DNA of 35,960 nt from Candidatus Heimdallarchaeota archaeon (GTDB taxonomy: Archaea > Asgardarchaeota > Heimdallarchaeia > Heimdallarchaeales > Heimdallarchaeaceae): contig JAAFKJ010000120.1 of assembly GCA_021399395.1 (NCBI GenBank), positions 1 to 35,960 of the forward strand, in the 5' to 3' direction. Made by a program: the position numbers and the translations under genes. Position 1 is the first letter of the stretch; each line of letters opens with the position of its first letter. The notes under the pieces were generated by a model. It was not told where the DNA came from, ran no database searches, and saw only the letters and a program-made list of their open reading frames with translations. This document shows positions 1-9,031 of the stretch, piece by piece.

Positions 1-12
1 ATAACGCACAGA

Positions 13-47
13 AGAAACCGAAAAAGAAAAAGAAAAAAGAAAAAAAA
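13..47 (-). terminator. Putative oligo-T archaeal terminator downstream of the DUF4389-like gene
   Basis: A-rich tract on + (T/C-rich on -) just after the stop at 56. Confidence 0.45.
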
Positions 48-55
48 TATTTAGA

Positions 56-340
56 TTATGCCTTTGGAAATAGATCAGGCACATCATCTGTTGCTGCTAG
101 GAAGTACATGTATAGATGTCCTATCCACTTAGCAATTCTTAATACGAAATCATAATGCAGTTTGAATCTCTTACCCATTATCAATACTGTTATACAATTA
201 ATAAAGAAGGTAATTCCAATGATGAAATTGAAAATCATCATCACTAATCCAATGATTATGCCGTATAGAATCTGCAACAAAGGTCTTATGATACAGAAGT
301 TTAATCTACTTGCTGCTTCTTTGAAACCAGGTAGCGACAT
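56..340 (-). CDS. DUF4389-like small membrane protein
   Basis: EAASRL...hydrophobic hairpin...GKR...Y...TDDVP pattern resembles the DUF4389 family. Confidence 0.65.
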   Translation of the reverse strand: MSLPGFKEAASRLNFCIIRPLLQILYGIIIGLVMMIFNFIIGITFFINCITVLIMGKRFKLHYDFVLRIAKWIGHLYMYFLAATDDVPDLFPKA

Positions 341-566
341 AGTACTTTAAAGAAAAACAAACTTCTATATAAAATTATGTGCAGAGGTATGAACAGTGGT
401 AAAAATCGGATTTCTATGTGAGATAAAATAGCACACTTTTCAGTTGGTATATAAACAGCTGACTGAAACGTTTTTTCAATTTTCTGAAATCAGTAATTAC
501 AATTCCAATTTCTTGGAATTACTGTTTCACTGGATTTTTCATAAGTGTCGATGTGCATATTGACTC

Positions 567-1592
567 ATGAAGGTCTTGGTTACTGGGGCATTTGGTAATG
601 TAGGTCAGAATGCAGTGAAAGTTTTACTTGAACGGGGGTACTCGGTACGTTGTTTTGATCTAAAAAATCCAAAAAACCAACGAATAAAAAATAGATTGTT
701 GAGACATGGAAAATTTGAGGTAGTCTGGGGTGATATTAGAGATTCTAATACAATTGTTAAATTAGTTCCTGATGTGGAGTTTATAATTCATCTTGCTGCA
801 ATAATCCCACCTCTAGCATATGAAATTCCTAAACTTGCATATGATGTAAATGTAAAAGGATCGATAAGTTTGATTAAGGCAACTGCGAAGATGAAAACAC
901 CTCCGAAATTTGTTTATGCTTCATCAATTGCAGTACATGGAAATAGAATGGAGAAAAATCCACCTACTAAGGTTAATGATCCTCTTAAACCACTTGATTA
1001 TGATAATTATGCTCAGCATAAGATAGAGGTAGAAAAATTTCTTAGGAAAATGGAAATTCCTTGGACTATCTTGCGTTTTGCAGCAATAACACCATATGAA
1101 CTAGGATGGACAATTCCTGATATAATGTATGATATACCTTTAGATCAAAGGATTGAGGTTGCTGATTCAAGAGATGTTGCTTTAGCATGTGTTAATGCAC
1201 TATCAGCTGAAACTATAGGAAAAACACTATTTATAGGAGGTGGGGAAGGAAATCAGCTGTATCAAAGAGATTTTGTTTCATTGATTCTAGAAGCAGTAGG
1301 AGTTGGAATGCTACCTGAGGAAGCTTTTAAGAAAGCAAAAAAAATGTCAGACTATTATCATTGCGACTGGATGGATACTGAGGAAGCACAGGCACTTCTA
1401 CAATTCCAGAGATTTACCTTTAGCGATTTTATTAAAAAGTTTAGGAGAAAAGTGAGTTTCAGAAGATTCATAATTATTATCTTCAGACCAATAGCGCGTG
1501 CAGTAATCTTGGCAAAATCTCCATACTATCAAAAACCCAAGAAGAAGAAAAATAAAACAAAGAATCAGAACAAGCGCTCAATTGTTAATTGA
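567..1592 (+). CDS. NAD(P)-dependent epimerase/dehydratase (extended SDR)
   Basis: VLVTGAFGNVG Rossmann motif, GDIRD, HLAA, YAQHK (YxxxK) catalytic motif; basic amphipathic C-terminus. Confidence 0.9.
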   Translation: MKVLVTGAFGNVGQNAVKVLLERGYSVRCFDLKNPKNQRIKNRLLRHGKFEVVWGDIRDSNTIVKLVPDVEFIIHLAAIIPPLAYEIPKLAYDVNVKGSISLIKATAKMKTPPKFVYASSIAVHGNRMEKNPPTKVNDPLKPLDYDNYAQHKIEVEKFLRKMEIPWTILRFAAITPYELGWTIPDIMYDIPLDQRIEVADSRDVALACVNALSAETIGKTLFIGGGEGNQLYQRDFVSLILEAVGVGMLPEEAFKKAKKMSDYYHCDWMDTEEAQALLQFQRFTFSDFIKKFRRKVSFRRFIIIIFRPIARAVILAKSPYYQKPKKKKNKTKNQNKRSIVN

Positions 1593-1596
1593 GACA

Positions 1597-1632
1597 TTTT
1601 TCTTCAATTATTTCTTCTTTTTCATATTTTTT
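1597..1632 (+). terminator. Putative oligo-T terminator
   Basis: T-rich tract (tttttcttcaattatttcttctttttcatatttttt) immediately after the SDR stop. Confidence 0.5.
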
Positions 1633-1643
1633 CATAATGCCAA

Positions 1644-1734
1644 GATATATATATCACTAAATGACATCTAAACCATAAAAATAGTTTAGAGCTATAAAAT
1701 ATATTCACAAAAACTAACGTACCTTATTAGGTGA
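1644..1734 (+). promoter_or_regulatory. dnaK promoter region: TATA-like elements, inverted repeat and GGTGA RBS
   Basis: GATATATATATC 1644-1655; TCTAAACCAT-AAAA-ATAGTTTAGA 1667-1690; TATAAAAT 1693-1700; AGGTGA 1729-1734 before ATG 1739. Confidence 0.55.
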
Positions 1735-1738
1735 TTTA

Positions 1739-3631
1739 ATGAGCGAAGATACAAAGAAAGAACTCGTTGTAGGAATTGATTTAGGAACTACTAACTCTGG
1801 TATTGCTTATATGGTTGCAGGCAAGCCTGAGATTATTCCAAATATAGAGGGAGGAAGAATTACTCCTAGTGTTATCATATTTAATGAAGATGGTACTCGA
1901 ACTGTCGGAATTCAAGCAAAAAGACAAGCTATATCTATGCCTGATCGAACTCAGAGAAGTATTAAGAGAAAGATGGGTACTGATTACACATTCAAAGTTG
2001 ATGACAAAGTATACAAACCTGAAGAGATGTCAGCAATGATTTTGTCAAAACTTAAAGAAGACGCAGAAGCTTATCTTAACCAAAAAATTGAGAAAGCAGT
2101 TATCACTGTTCCAGCTTATTTTAGCGACTCACAAAGACAAGCAACAAAAGACGCAGGAGAAATAGCTGGATTAGATGTTCTAAGAATTGTAAATGAACCA
2201 ACTGCAAGTGCTCTTGCTTATGGTTTGGACAAGGAAGGAGCTGAAATAGTGCTAGTGTTTGACTTAGGTGGTGGAACATTTGATGTTTCCATACTAGAGC
2301 TTGACGATGGCCTATTTCGTGTTATTGCTACCAGTGGGAACAATCTTCTCGGAGGAGATGATTGGGATCAACGAATTATCGATTGGATTATTGCTGAATT
2401 CAAGAAGAAAGAGGGCATTGATTTAGCAAAGGACACCAAAGTTGTTCAAAGACTAAAAGATGCAGCTGAAGAAGCTAAAATTGAACTCACTTCTAAAGTT
2501 AAAACAAACATAAGTCTACCATATATTTCAGCTGACGCTTCTGGACCTAAACATCTTGATTTAGAGTTATCAAGAGCTAAGTTTGAAGATATGACTAAAG
2601 ATTTAGTCGAAAAATGTGCTGGACCTTCAAGACAGGCTATGAAAGACGCTAAGGTTAAAGCTGGCGACTTAGATAAAGCTATACTTGTTGGTGGAGCAAC
2701 AAGGATGCCAATGATTAGAGATATGGCTAAAGAGTTATTCGGAAAAGAACCTCACAAAGGTGTTGCACCAGAAGAGGTTGTAGCCTTAGGTGCAGCAGTT
2801 CAAGCTGCTGTTCTTGCAGGAGAAGTTAAGGATATCTTGCTTCTAGATGTTACCCCACTATCTTTAGGTGTTGAAACTCTTGGAAATGTTATGACTCCTC
2901 TTATTGAAAGAAATACTACTATTCCGGTCACTAAGAAGAATGTCTTTACAACAGCTGCAGATATGCAAACTTCTGTTGAAGTACATGTTCTACAAGGAGA
3001 ACGTACAATGGCAGCTGATAATATTACTCTGGGTAGATTTCAACTAGTAGGTATTCCTGCTGCTCCTCGTGGTATTCCACAAGTCGAAGTATCATTTGAT
3101 ATTGATGCAAATGGAATATTACAAGTTTCAGCAAAAGATCTTGGTACTGGGAAAGAACAAAGTATAGTTATTCAATCCTCTCATCTTTCCGATAGTGATA
3201 TTGATAAGATGAAAGCTGATGCTGAGCAGTATAAGGAAGAAGATGCTATTCGTAAAGAGCAAATCGACGCACGCAATACTGCTGAACAAGCTGTTTATTC
3301 AACTGAAAAGACCATTAAAGAATTAGGTGAAAAACTATCTGATTCTGAGAAGAAAGCTCTAGAAGATAAGATGGAAGCACTCAAGAAAGAAATGGAAACT
3401 GAGGATACTGAGAAGATTAAGGCTAAAACAGAAGAGTTAATGCAAGAAATGATGCAAATTTCTCAAAGGATCTACGCTGAAACAGGACAAGCTCCTGGTG
3501 CAGAAGGTCCTCAACCAGATGCAGGTGCTTATGGTCCCGGAGATCCTCAAGGACAACCTCCAACACAACCAGATATTAATGAAGAACAAGTTATCGATGT
3601 TGATTATGAACCAGTAGACGATGATGAGTAA
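1739..3631 (+). CDS. dnaK: Molecular chaperone DnaK (Hsp70)
   Basis: [49 protein letters not shown]; short N-terminal domain without the proteobacterial-type insert. Confidence 0.98.
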   Translation: MSEDTKKELVVGIDLGTTNSGIAYMVAGKPEIIPNIEGGRITPSVIIFNEDGTRTVGIQAKRQAISMPDRTQRSIKRKMGTDYTFKVDDKVYKPEEMSAMILSKLKEDAEAYLNQKIEKAVITVPAYFSDSQRQATKDAGEIAGLDVLRIVNEPTASALAYGLDKEGAEIVLVFDLGGGTFDVSILELDDGLFRVIATSGNNLLGGDDWDQRIIDWIIAEFKKKEGIDLAKDTKVVQRLKDAAEEAKIELTSKVKTNISLPYISADASGPKHLDLELSRAKFEDMTKDLVEKCAGPSRQAMKDAKVKAGDLDKAILVGGATRMPMIRDMAKELFGKEPHKGVAPEEVVALGAAVQAAVLAGEVKDILLLDVTPLSLGVETLGNVMTPLIERNTTIPVTKKNVFTTAADMQTSVEVHVLQGERTMAADNITLGRFQLVGIPAAPRGIPQVEVSFDIDANGILQVSAKDLGTGKEQSIVIQSSHLSDSDIDKMKADAEQYKEEDAIRKEQIDARNTAEQAVYSTEKTIKELGEKLSDSEKKALEDKMEALKKEMETEDTEKIKAKTEELMQEMMQISQRIYAETGQAPGAEGPQPDAGAYGPGDPQGQPPTQPDINEEQVIDVDYEPVDDDE

Positions 3632-3656
3632 TTCTTCTTCTATTTCTTTTCTCTTC
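3632..3656 (+). terminator. Putative pyrimidine-rich terminator/attenuator between dnaK and dnaJ
   Basis: ttcttcttctatttcttttctcttc directly after the dnaK stop. Confidence 0.45.
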
Positions 3657-3721
3657 AACCGATAATATTTTTATTACTTAGCTTTTTTATTCATATATCT
3701 CCATATTATTGAGGATAGAAA

Positions 3722-4897
3722 ATGTCGAATAAAAGAGATTACTATGAAGTTCTAGAAGTATCAAAGGATGCAACTGAAAATGACATAAAAAAAGCCTTCA
3801 GAAAGAAAGCGATGGAGTATCATCCTGACAGGAATCCCGATAATCCTAAAGCTGCTGATAAATTCAAAGAAGCAACAGAAGCCTACGATATTCTGTCCAA
3901 TCCTGAGAAAAGATCCTCATATGATAGATTTGGTTTCGCAGGAGTTCAATCAGACTTTTCCTCTGTAAACATGGGAGATTATTCAACATTTTCAGATCTA
4001 TTTTCTTCATTATTTAGAGATGATTTCTTTGGTGATGACATATTTAGTCAATTCTTTGGAGGAAGAGGTCGCTCTCGTCGTTCTTCAGGGCCACAAAAGG
4101 GTTCAGACTTGCTAATGGATTATAAGATTGATTTTGAAGAAGCAATCTATGGAACAAAAAAAGTTGTTGAAGTCCCGATTAAGAAAGAATGTGTAGAATG
4201 TAAAGGTAGTGGTGCTCAAGAAGGTTCTTCTCCTAAGAGTTGCCCAAACTGTCAAGGTTCTGGTGTTGAAACTGTACAAAGACAAATGGGTTTTACACGT
4301 TATATCTCTCAACAAGCATGTAGTAAATGTAGAGGGAAGGGGTCGATAATCGAAAAACCTTGTAAGACTTGCCGTGGTTCAGGTAGATCTGATGAGAACG
4401 AAAAAATCAAACTTGAAATTCCATCTGGTGTAGATTCTGGTTTTAGGTTAAGAATAAGAAACAAAGGTGAAGAAGGGAGATCAGGGGGTACAAGAGGAGA
4501 CCTCTATGTTAGATTGATAGTTGACAGTCACGAATTCTATAAACGCCAAGGAGACAATCTCATCGTGGAATTAGAAATACCATTTGCAATAGCAGTTCTT
4601 GGGGGAGAAATAAAGGTTCCAACTCCATATGGAGCTGAAAAAGTCAAAATCCCTAAGAAAACTAAAGAAGGTCAAATTCTCAGATTACAAAGAAAAGGTA
4701 TTCAACGTAAAACCCAATATGGGATGAGTTATGGAGATTTTCTTATTCTTGTACATTATAGTATCCCTGGTAAATTGAATGATGAAGAGAAAGAACTTCT
4801 CGAAAAATTGAAAGAAATCTCGAAAATGCCTTCAAAACAAGAAAAATTGTTCAAGAAGCTTATTGATACATCAAAAGCGAACAAAGTTGATGAATAG
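3722..4897 (+). CDS. dnaJ: Chaperone DnaJ (class A)
   Basis: J-domain KRDYYEVL...HPD, G/F-rich region, four CxxCxGxG repeats, C-terminal GDL substrate-binding domain; follows dnaK. Confidence 0.97.
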   Translation: MSNKRDYYEVLEVSKDATENDIKKAFRKKAMEYHPDRNPDNPKAADKFKEATEAYDILSNPEKRSSYDRFGFAGVQSDFSSVNMGDYSTFSDLFSSLFRDDFFGDDIFSQFFGGRGRSRRSSGPQKGSDLLMDYKIDFEEAIYGTKKVVEVPIKKECVECKGSGAQEGSSPKSCPNCQGSGVETVQRQMGFTRYISQQACSKCRGKGSIIEKPCKTCRGSGRSDENEKIKLEIPSGVDSGFRLRIRNKGEEGRSGGTRGDLYVRLIVDSHEFYKRQGDNLIVELEIPFAIAVLGGEIKVPTPYGAEKVKIPKKTKEGQILRLQRKGIQRKTQYGMSYGDFLILVHYSIPGKLNDEEKELLEKLKEISKMPSKQEKLFKKLIDTSKANKVDE

Positions 4898-4947
4898 TAA
4901 CTCAATTCCTTCAGATACTTTTTTATTTCAAAGTTAACAAATATCTA

Positions 4948-5742
4948 TTGATGAGTGAAGAATTTATTCGCTGTAAAGATTGTGGAAACCTCAATATTGT
5001 GGGTTCTACAAGATGTGTTTTTTGTAACAATCCTTTTGGTGGGGAAGAAACAGAGCCTAATAAAGACCCTGTTCCAGAGGTTTCGATTGCACCTTCAGTC
5101 GATAGCATTCCTGCCCCAGATGAGAAAAAGGAAGAGGTTGAAATGTCTCTACCAAAACTCCCAGATATTGATGTTACTCAACAAAAACCAAAGAAAAAGG
5201 AAGTTATTCTTACAGACACAACTTTTGTTGAACCAACCCTTACAAGAAAATTCTTCATGATCTCTCTTTATTCAATCCTAGTTGCGGTTGTGCATTATCT
5301 ATTGAATCTTTTGGTTTCTATAATTTCAGTTAGAATAGAAAATCCCAGTGTTGATGCTTTTCCTATAAGTGCAGATTTGAATCAATACATCGCTATTAAT
5401 GCAGTTAGTATTATCTTAGGTGTTCCTTTCGCAATAGCTATCGGTTATGTAATAGGGAAGATAATTAGAAAATACAATAGTAAGAAGTCAAGTTTCATAA
5501 AATGGTTCAGTTTCGCAGTTGTTATTGACTTGATCATTAATGTTGGAATCACCATTGGTTTAGTATTTGCTTTCAATACTTTGAATGAAAATGATGTTCT
5601 CTTTCTTAAACTGATAGGAGCTGCATTCATCTTTCTGGTAGTTAGCGTTATTACGCTATTCATCCCCATGATTTCTGGTTCATTTCTAATATTCACCGAG
5701 ATTGATAAAATATTCTTTCCAAAAAAATATGTTGAATTTTAG
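4948..5742 (+). CDS. Zinc-ribbon membrane protein (hypothetical)
   Basis: N-terminal CKDC...CVFC, Pro/Glu-rich linker, about four hydrophobic TM segments; stop overlaps next start. Confidence 0.75.
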   Translation: MMSEEFIRCKDCGNLNIVGSTRCVFCNNPFGGEETEPNKDPVPEVSIAPSVDSIPAPDEKKEEVEMSLPKLPDIDVTQQKPKKKEVILTDTTFVEPTLTRKFFMISLYSILVAVVHYLLNLLVSIISVRIENPSVDAFPISADLNQYIAINAVSIILGVPFAIAIGYVIGKIIRKYNSKKSSFIKWFSFAVVIDLIINVGITIGLVFAFNTLNENDVLFLKLIGAAFIFLVVSVITLFIPMISGSFLIFTEIDKIFFPKKYVEF

Positions 5743-6194
5743 TGGTGAATTTTTTGGGATATGAAGATAGCAAATTAACAAAGTTCCTCAAACATGAAAT
5801 AGATTCCATAAACATGCATCTCCCAAAGAAACGAGTAAGTCTGGAGATGGCACTGAAAGGTTTTAATCTCTATGTTAGTAAAGAAAATAATCAAATTCAC
5901 ATAGATATGAAAGAAGTGCAACTTCTAAAGGAACTGTGTCCCATCGAGAAACTCAAGAGCGTATACCTCCCTATTCTTATTATTAGACGAAGAGACCTTG
6001 GAACTGGAACCTACGTTATATCTGGGGAACTTATTGAGCAATATCTGGTTCTCAAAGCGATAAGCAAAATTGACGAGGATTGGGATAAATTCACCCAAAA
6101 AGAACTTAAATCTAGTTCATTGTTTTTATACAAGCCAAATTTAATAGAATTAAGAAAAGTTCTACCAACAAGTACAGTTATTGGATTTTCATAG
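5742..6194 (+). CDS. DUF61/UPF0216 family protein
   Basis: EIDSINMHLPKKRVSL...E..LL...YLPILI pattern typical of archaeal DUF61. Confidence 0.7.
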   Translation: MVNFLGYEDSKLTKFLKHEIDSINMHLPKKRVSLEMALKGFNLYVSKENNQIHIDMKEVQLLKELCPIEKLKSVYLPILIIRRRDLGTGTYVISGELIEQYLVLKAISKIDEDWDKFTQKELKSSSLFLYKPNLIELRKVLPTSTVIGFS

Positions 6195-6205
6195 AAGTGG
6201 TGAAA

Positions 6206-7390
6206 ATGAATAAATATGAAATATCAAAAGAAAATCATCTTAACAGAATTGAAAGATTAAGGAAATTCATGAACGAAAATGAAATGGGATCATTTGTCTT
6301 CTTCAACCCATTATCAATATATTATTTGACAGGGTATCATTTTATCGCAACAGAACGGCCTGTAGCTCTAGTTCTTCCAGTTGCTGAAGAACCATGGTTC
6401 TATGTACCAAGATTAGAGCAAGAGCATCTAATTGAAAAAATTCCTTGGGTAGGAAGAGAATTATATTTCGAATATCCTGATGAGAAACATCCTGCAAATA
6501 TTTTCATTGAGAAACTTATCGAACGTAAGTTAACTGAGAAAAAAATTGGGATGGAATCACCATCATTTTCAAGCTATTGGGGATATGAAGGACCAAAATT
6601 AACTGATCTACTCGAGAATAAAGCAAAAACCGAATTACATCCATTTTTAGTAAGAAATATAAGGAAAATTAAGGATGAAGAAGAACTCAAACTGATAAAG
6701 ATATCAGCAAAATATGGTGACCTAGCACACCGACTATTACAAGAGTATACAGCTGAAGGGAAAAATGAAGTAGAAGTATCTCTTCAAGCTAACATTGAAG
6801 CTTCGGAAAAACTATTTGTGGACTTGAAAGGTTTTATCCCACGGGGACTACTTCCTGCAAGGGCGGGATATCGAGGTCAGATAGGAGCTTGGTCAGCTAT
6901 TCCCCATTCTGTTCTACAGAAAACTATTTTCAAAAAAGGTGATGTTCTAGTTACAGGAGCTTCTGCAAATATTTCTGGTTATCACTCAGAGCTAGAACGA
7001 ACAATGTTTATAGGTCCTCCTAGTGATAAACAGAAACGGTTCTTTGATGTTATGAAAAAATCTCAAGATGCTGCTTTAGATGCTTTCGGTCCAAATATAC
7101 CTTGTAGTGATGTAGATAAAGTTGCAAGAAAAGTACTCAAAGACGAAGGGTTCTTTCACTTAGTTCAACATCATACAGGACATGCTATAGGTTTGGAAGG
7201 CCATGAAGCACCATTTCTAGATATAGGTATTGATGAAATTATCAAACCCGGAATGGTCTTTACCTGTGAACCTGGAATTTACGAATACAAATTTGGAGGT
7301 TTCAGACATTCAGATACAGTAATAATAACAGAAGAAGGATCTGAACACATAACCCCTTATCCCAGAGATCTTGAAGATTTGATTATTTGA
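6206..7390 (+). CDS. M24 (pita-bread fold) creatinase/Xaa-Pro peptidase family hydrolase
   Basis: Creatinase_N-like YYLTGY, RKIKDEEE, PH, GYHSELERT, HHTGHAIG, EPG; ATG 6206 follows GGTGA (track start 6197 GTG). Confidence 0.88.
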   Translation: MNKYEISKENHLNRIERLRKFMNENEMGSFVFFNPLSIYYLTGYHFIATERPVALVLPVAEEPWFYVPRLEQEHLIEKIPWVGRELYFEYPDEKHPANIFIEKLIERKLTEKKIGMESPSFSSYWGYEGPKLTDLLENKAKTELHPFLVRNIRKIKDEEELKLIKISAKYGDLAHRLLQEYTAEGKNEVEVSLQANIEASEKLFVDLKGFIPRGLLPARAGYRGQIGAWSAIPHSVLQKTIFKKGDVLVTGASANISGYHSELERTMFIGPPSDKQKRFFDVMKKSQDAALDAFGPNIPCSDVDKVARKVLKDEGFFHLVQHHTGHAIGLEGHEAPFLDIGIDEIIKPGMVFTCEPGIYEYKFGGFRHSDTVIITEEGSEHITPYPRDLEDLII

Positions 7391-7405
7391 CAAATCTTCT
7401 TTTAA

Positions 7406-8326
7406 TCATTTTTTACTGGTTATTACATACACTTGTTTCTTTCCAACAAAGAGCGTTTCTTCTTCCTGAGTAACTGGATTTTTTGTTGCTTCAATTAGGA
7501 CTGGGTAACCGTGGATAACATGATCGTTATGTAATCGCTTATCGGCTTTTTCTATGTCTTCTATTGAGAACCCTGCATTATACAACCACCTCCAACTGAA
7601 AGGAAGTCGATGAAAGTTCTCGTCTATAAATTGATAAATCTCACTGATTTTTGCACTCATATTATTGCTTTTTGATTTTCGGAATTGTCTGAATATGGTT
7701 TCTTCAGCACTGTCAGTTACCCTACCTATTCCAGTAGTTACAAAGGGTTCTATTGCGTAAGCTGTACCAATCTGAAAACGATGAGAATCGTCTCTAATTT
7801 TCTTTGATACACTATAGTTTGGTATTGATACACCATCGTGGAGAGAATATTGAGACATGGAATGGCCACTAAGATTGACAATTGGTTTGAACCCTTCAGC
7901 TTCTATACATTTCTGAACTATTTCACCAACACGAAAGACACTCTCATTCGGTTTTACTATCTCAATTGCTTCATCCAATGCTTTCCTTGCTGTATCTTTC
8001 ATATGTTGCCATTTATCATCAAAAATGAAAGTTCTTGCTGCATCAGATAGATAACCATCAACTGATACTCCAGCATCTACTTTTACAATTGAGTTTTCAG
8101 GTATTGTACTGTCATCATTGATTATAGGAGAGTAATGGGCTGCTATTTCATTTATTGAAATATTAACAGGAAAAGCTGGTTGTGCTGATTGCTCTCTGAT
8201 GTGTTTTTCAGCTCTCTCAGCTATTTCCAATAAATGTATCCCCGGTTTAATAATTGACCCTACGAGTTCGAAGGTTTTTGCTAAGATCTCACCTGATTTC
8301 TTGTAGTTTTGGAAAGCATCGTCCAT
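7406..8326 (-). CDS. map: Methionine aminopeptidase type II
   Basis: AFPVNISINEIAAHY, KVDAGVSVDGYLSD, NLSGH, AIEPF, type-II helical insert, YPVL.E. Confidence 0.95.
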   Translation of the reverse strand: MDDAFQNYKKSGEILAKTFELVGSIIKPGIHLLEIAERAEKHIREQSAQPAFPVNISINEIAAHYSPIINDDSTIPENSIVKVDAGVSVDGYLSDAARTFIFDDKWQHMKDTARKALDEAIEIVKPNESVFRVGEIVQKCIEAEGFKPIVNLSGHSMSQYSLHDGVSIPNYSVSKKIRDDSHRFQIGTAYAIEPFVTTGIGRVTDSAEETIFRQFRKSKSNNMSAKISEIYQFIDENFHRLPFSWRWLYNAGFSIEDIEKADKRLHNDHVIHGYPVLIEATKNPVTQEEETLFVGKKQVYVITSKK

Positions 8327-8383
8327 TTGAATCGTTTCTCTCTAAGTTTTGAGTTTCTATTTGTCATATATTATTTTGTGTTG

Positions 8384-8818
8384 TTACAGATTTTTACCAT
8401 TTGATTGCGCCAGAAAGGAATGGAAAGTTTTACCTAATGATGTTGAAATCAAAATTGTCTTTGTATTTCCTCTAGAACCAATAGTTTCAAAGAATCCAAT
8501 ATCACGTAATCTTGTTATATTCCACTTTGTTGTAGAAAAAGACATTTCTAATTTACCAGATATTATCTCTGAAAGCTTGTTCAAAGAGATAGTTTTCTTC
8601 TCTAATATTCTAAACCCAGTAAAGAAAATCTCTCTCTGTTTCTTGTTTAATTGGTCAAAAAGTAAAAACATACTCTTATTCAATAATTCGAGCAAAAGTA
8701 GGTTGTCTTTTTCAAGCTCTCTTATTCTCTCTTGCGCAAAGGCGATCCCTTCTTTTAAATAATCTGGATCTTCCAGCTGTTCGCTTATGAATTTCGCTGG
8801 GGTTAACAAAACGTTCAC
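8384..8818 (-). CDS. Putative winged-helix DNA-binding protein with N-terminal coiled coil
   Basis: SLNKLSEIIS...SFSTTKWNITRLRDIGFFE...TSLGK wHTH pattern; start may be the in-frame TTG at 8809 behind AGGTGA. Confidence 0.65.
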   Translation of the reverse strand: MNVLLTPAKFISEQLEDPDYLKEGIAFAQERIRELEKDNLLLLELLNKSMFLLFDQLNKKQREIFFTGFRILEKKTISLNKLSEIISGKLEMSFSTTKWNITRLRDIGFFETIGSRGNTKTILISTSLGKTFHSFLAQSNGKNL

Positions 8819-8917
8819 CTATCATCTTTACACCTCTGTTTTTGAGTATGATAGTTTAAGGTAAAGGTGCTTTTATGTTTTTCTAATTACAAGTAAGATA
8901 TAGTTTAAGAATATAAA

Positions 8918-9015
8918 TTAACAAAGTCAGTTTTGTTAAATGGAATCTAAGAGCTTACAGTAGACTATGTACGTTCATAGGTTTTATAAGATAAGTACTA
9001 TATCTAATGATATAG
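8918..9015. promoter_or_regulatory. Divergent promoter region with three inverted repeats and a TATA box
   Basis: TTAACAAA-N6-TTTGTTAA 8918-8939; CTATGTAC/GTTCATAG 8965-8980; TTTTATAA 8982-8989; CTATATC-N4-GATATAG 8998-9015. Confidence 0.5.
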
Positions 9016-9031
9016 AAATATGTGAGGATAA

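Noticed and set aside
7406-7480. Possible inactive MetAP (QEEET instead of Q.EHT)
   Set aside because: The metal-ligand Glu is retained and the other D, D, H, E ligands are intact
8349-8762. 137-aa plus-strand ORF
   Set aside because: Antisense shadow of the wHTH gene; TTG start and no motif
8998-9015. Thermococcales TGM (TATCAC-N5-GTGATA) TrmB-family site
   Set aside because: Only the TATC/GATA core matches; arms and spacing differ, so it is reported as an unassigned palindrome
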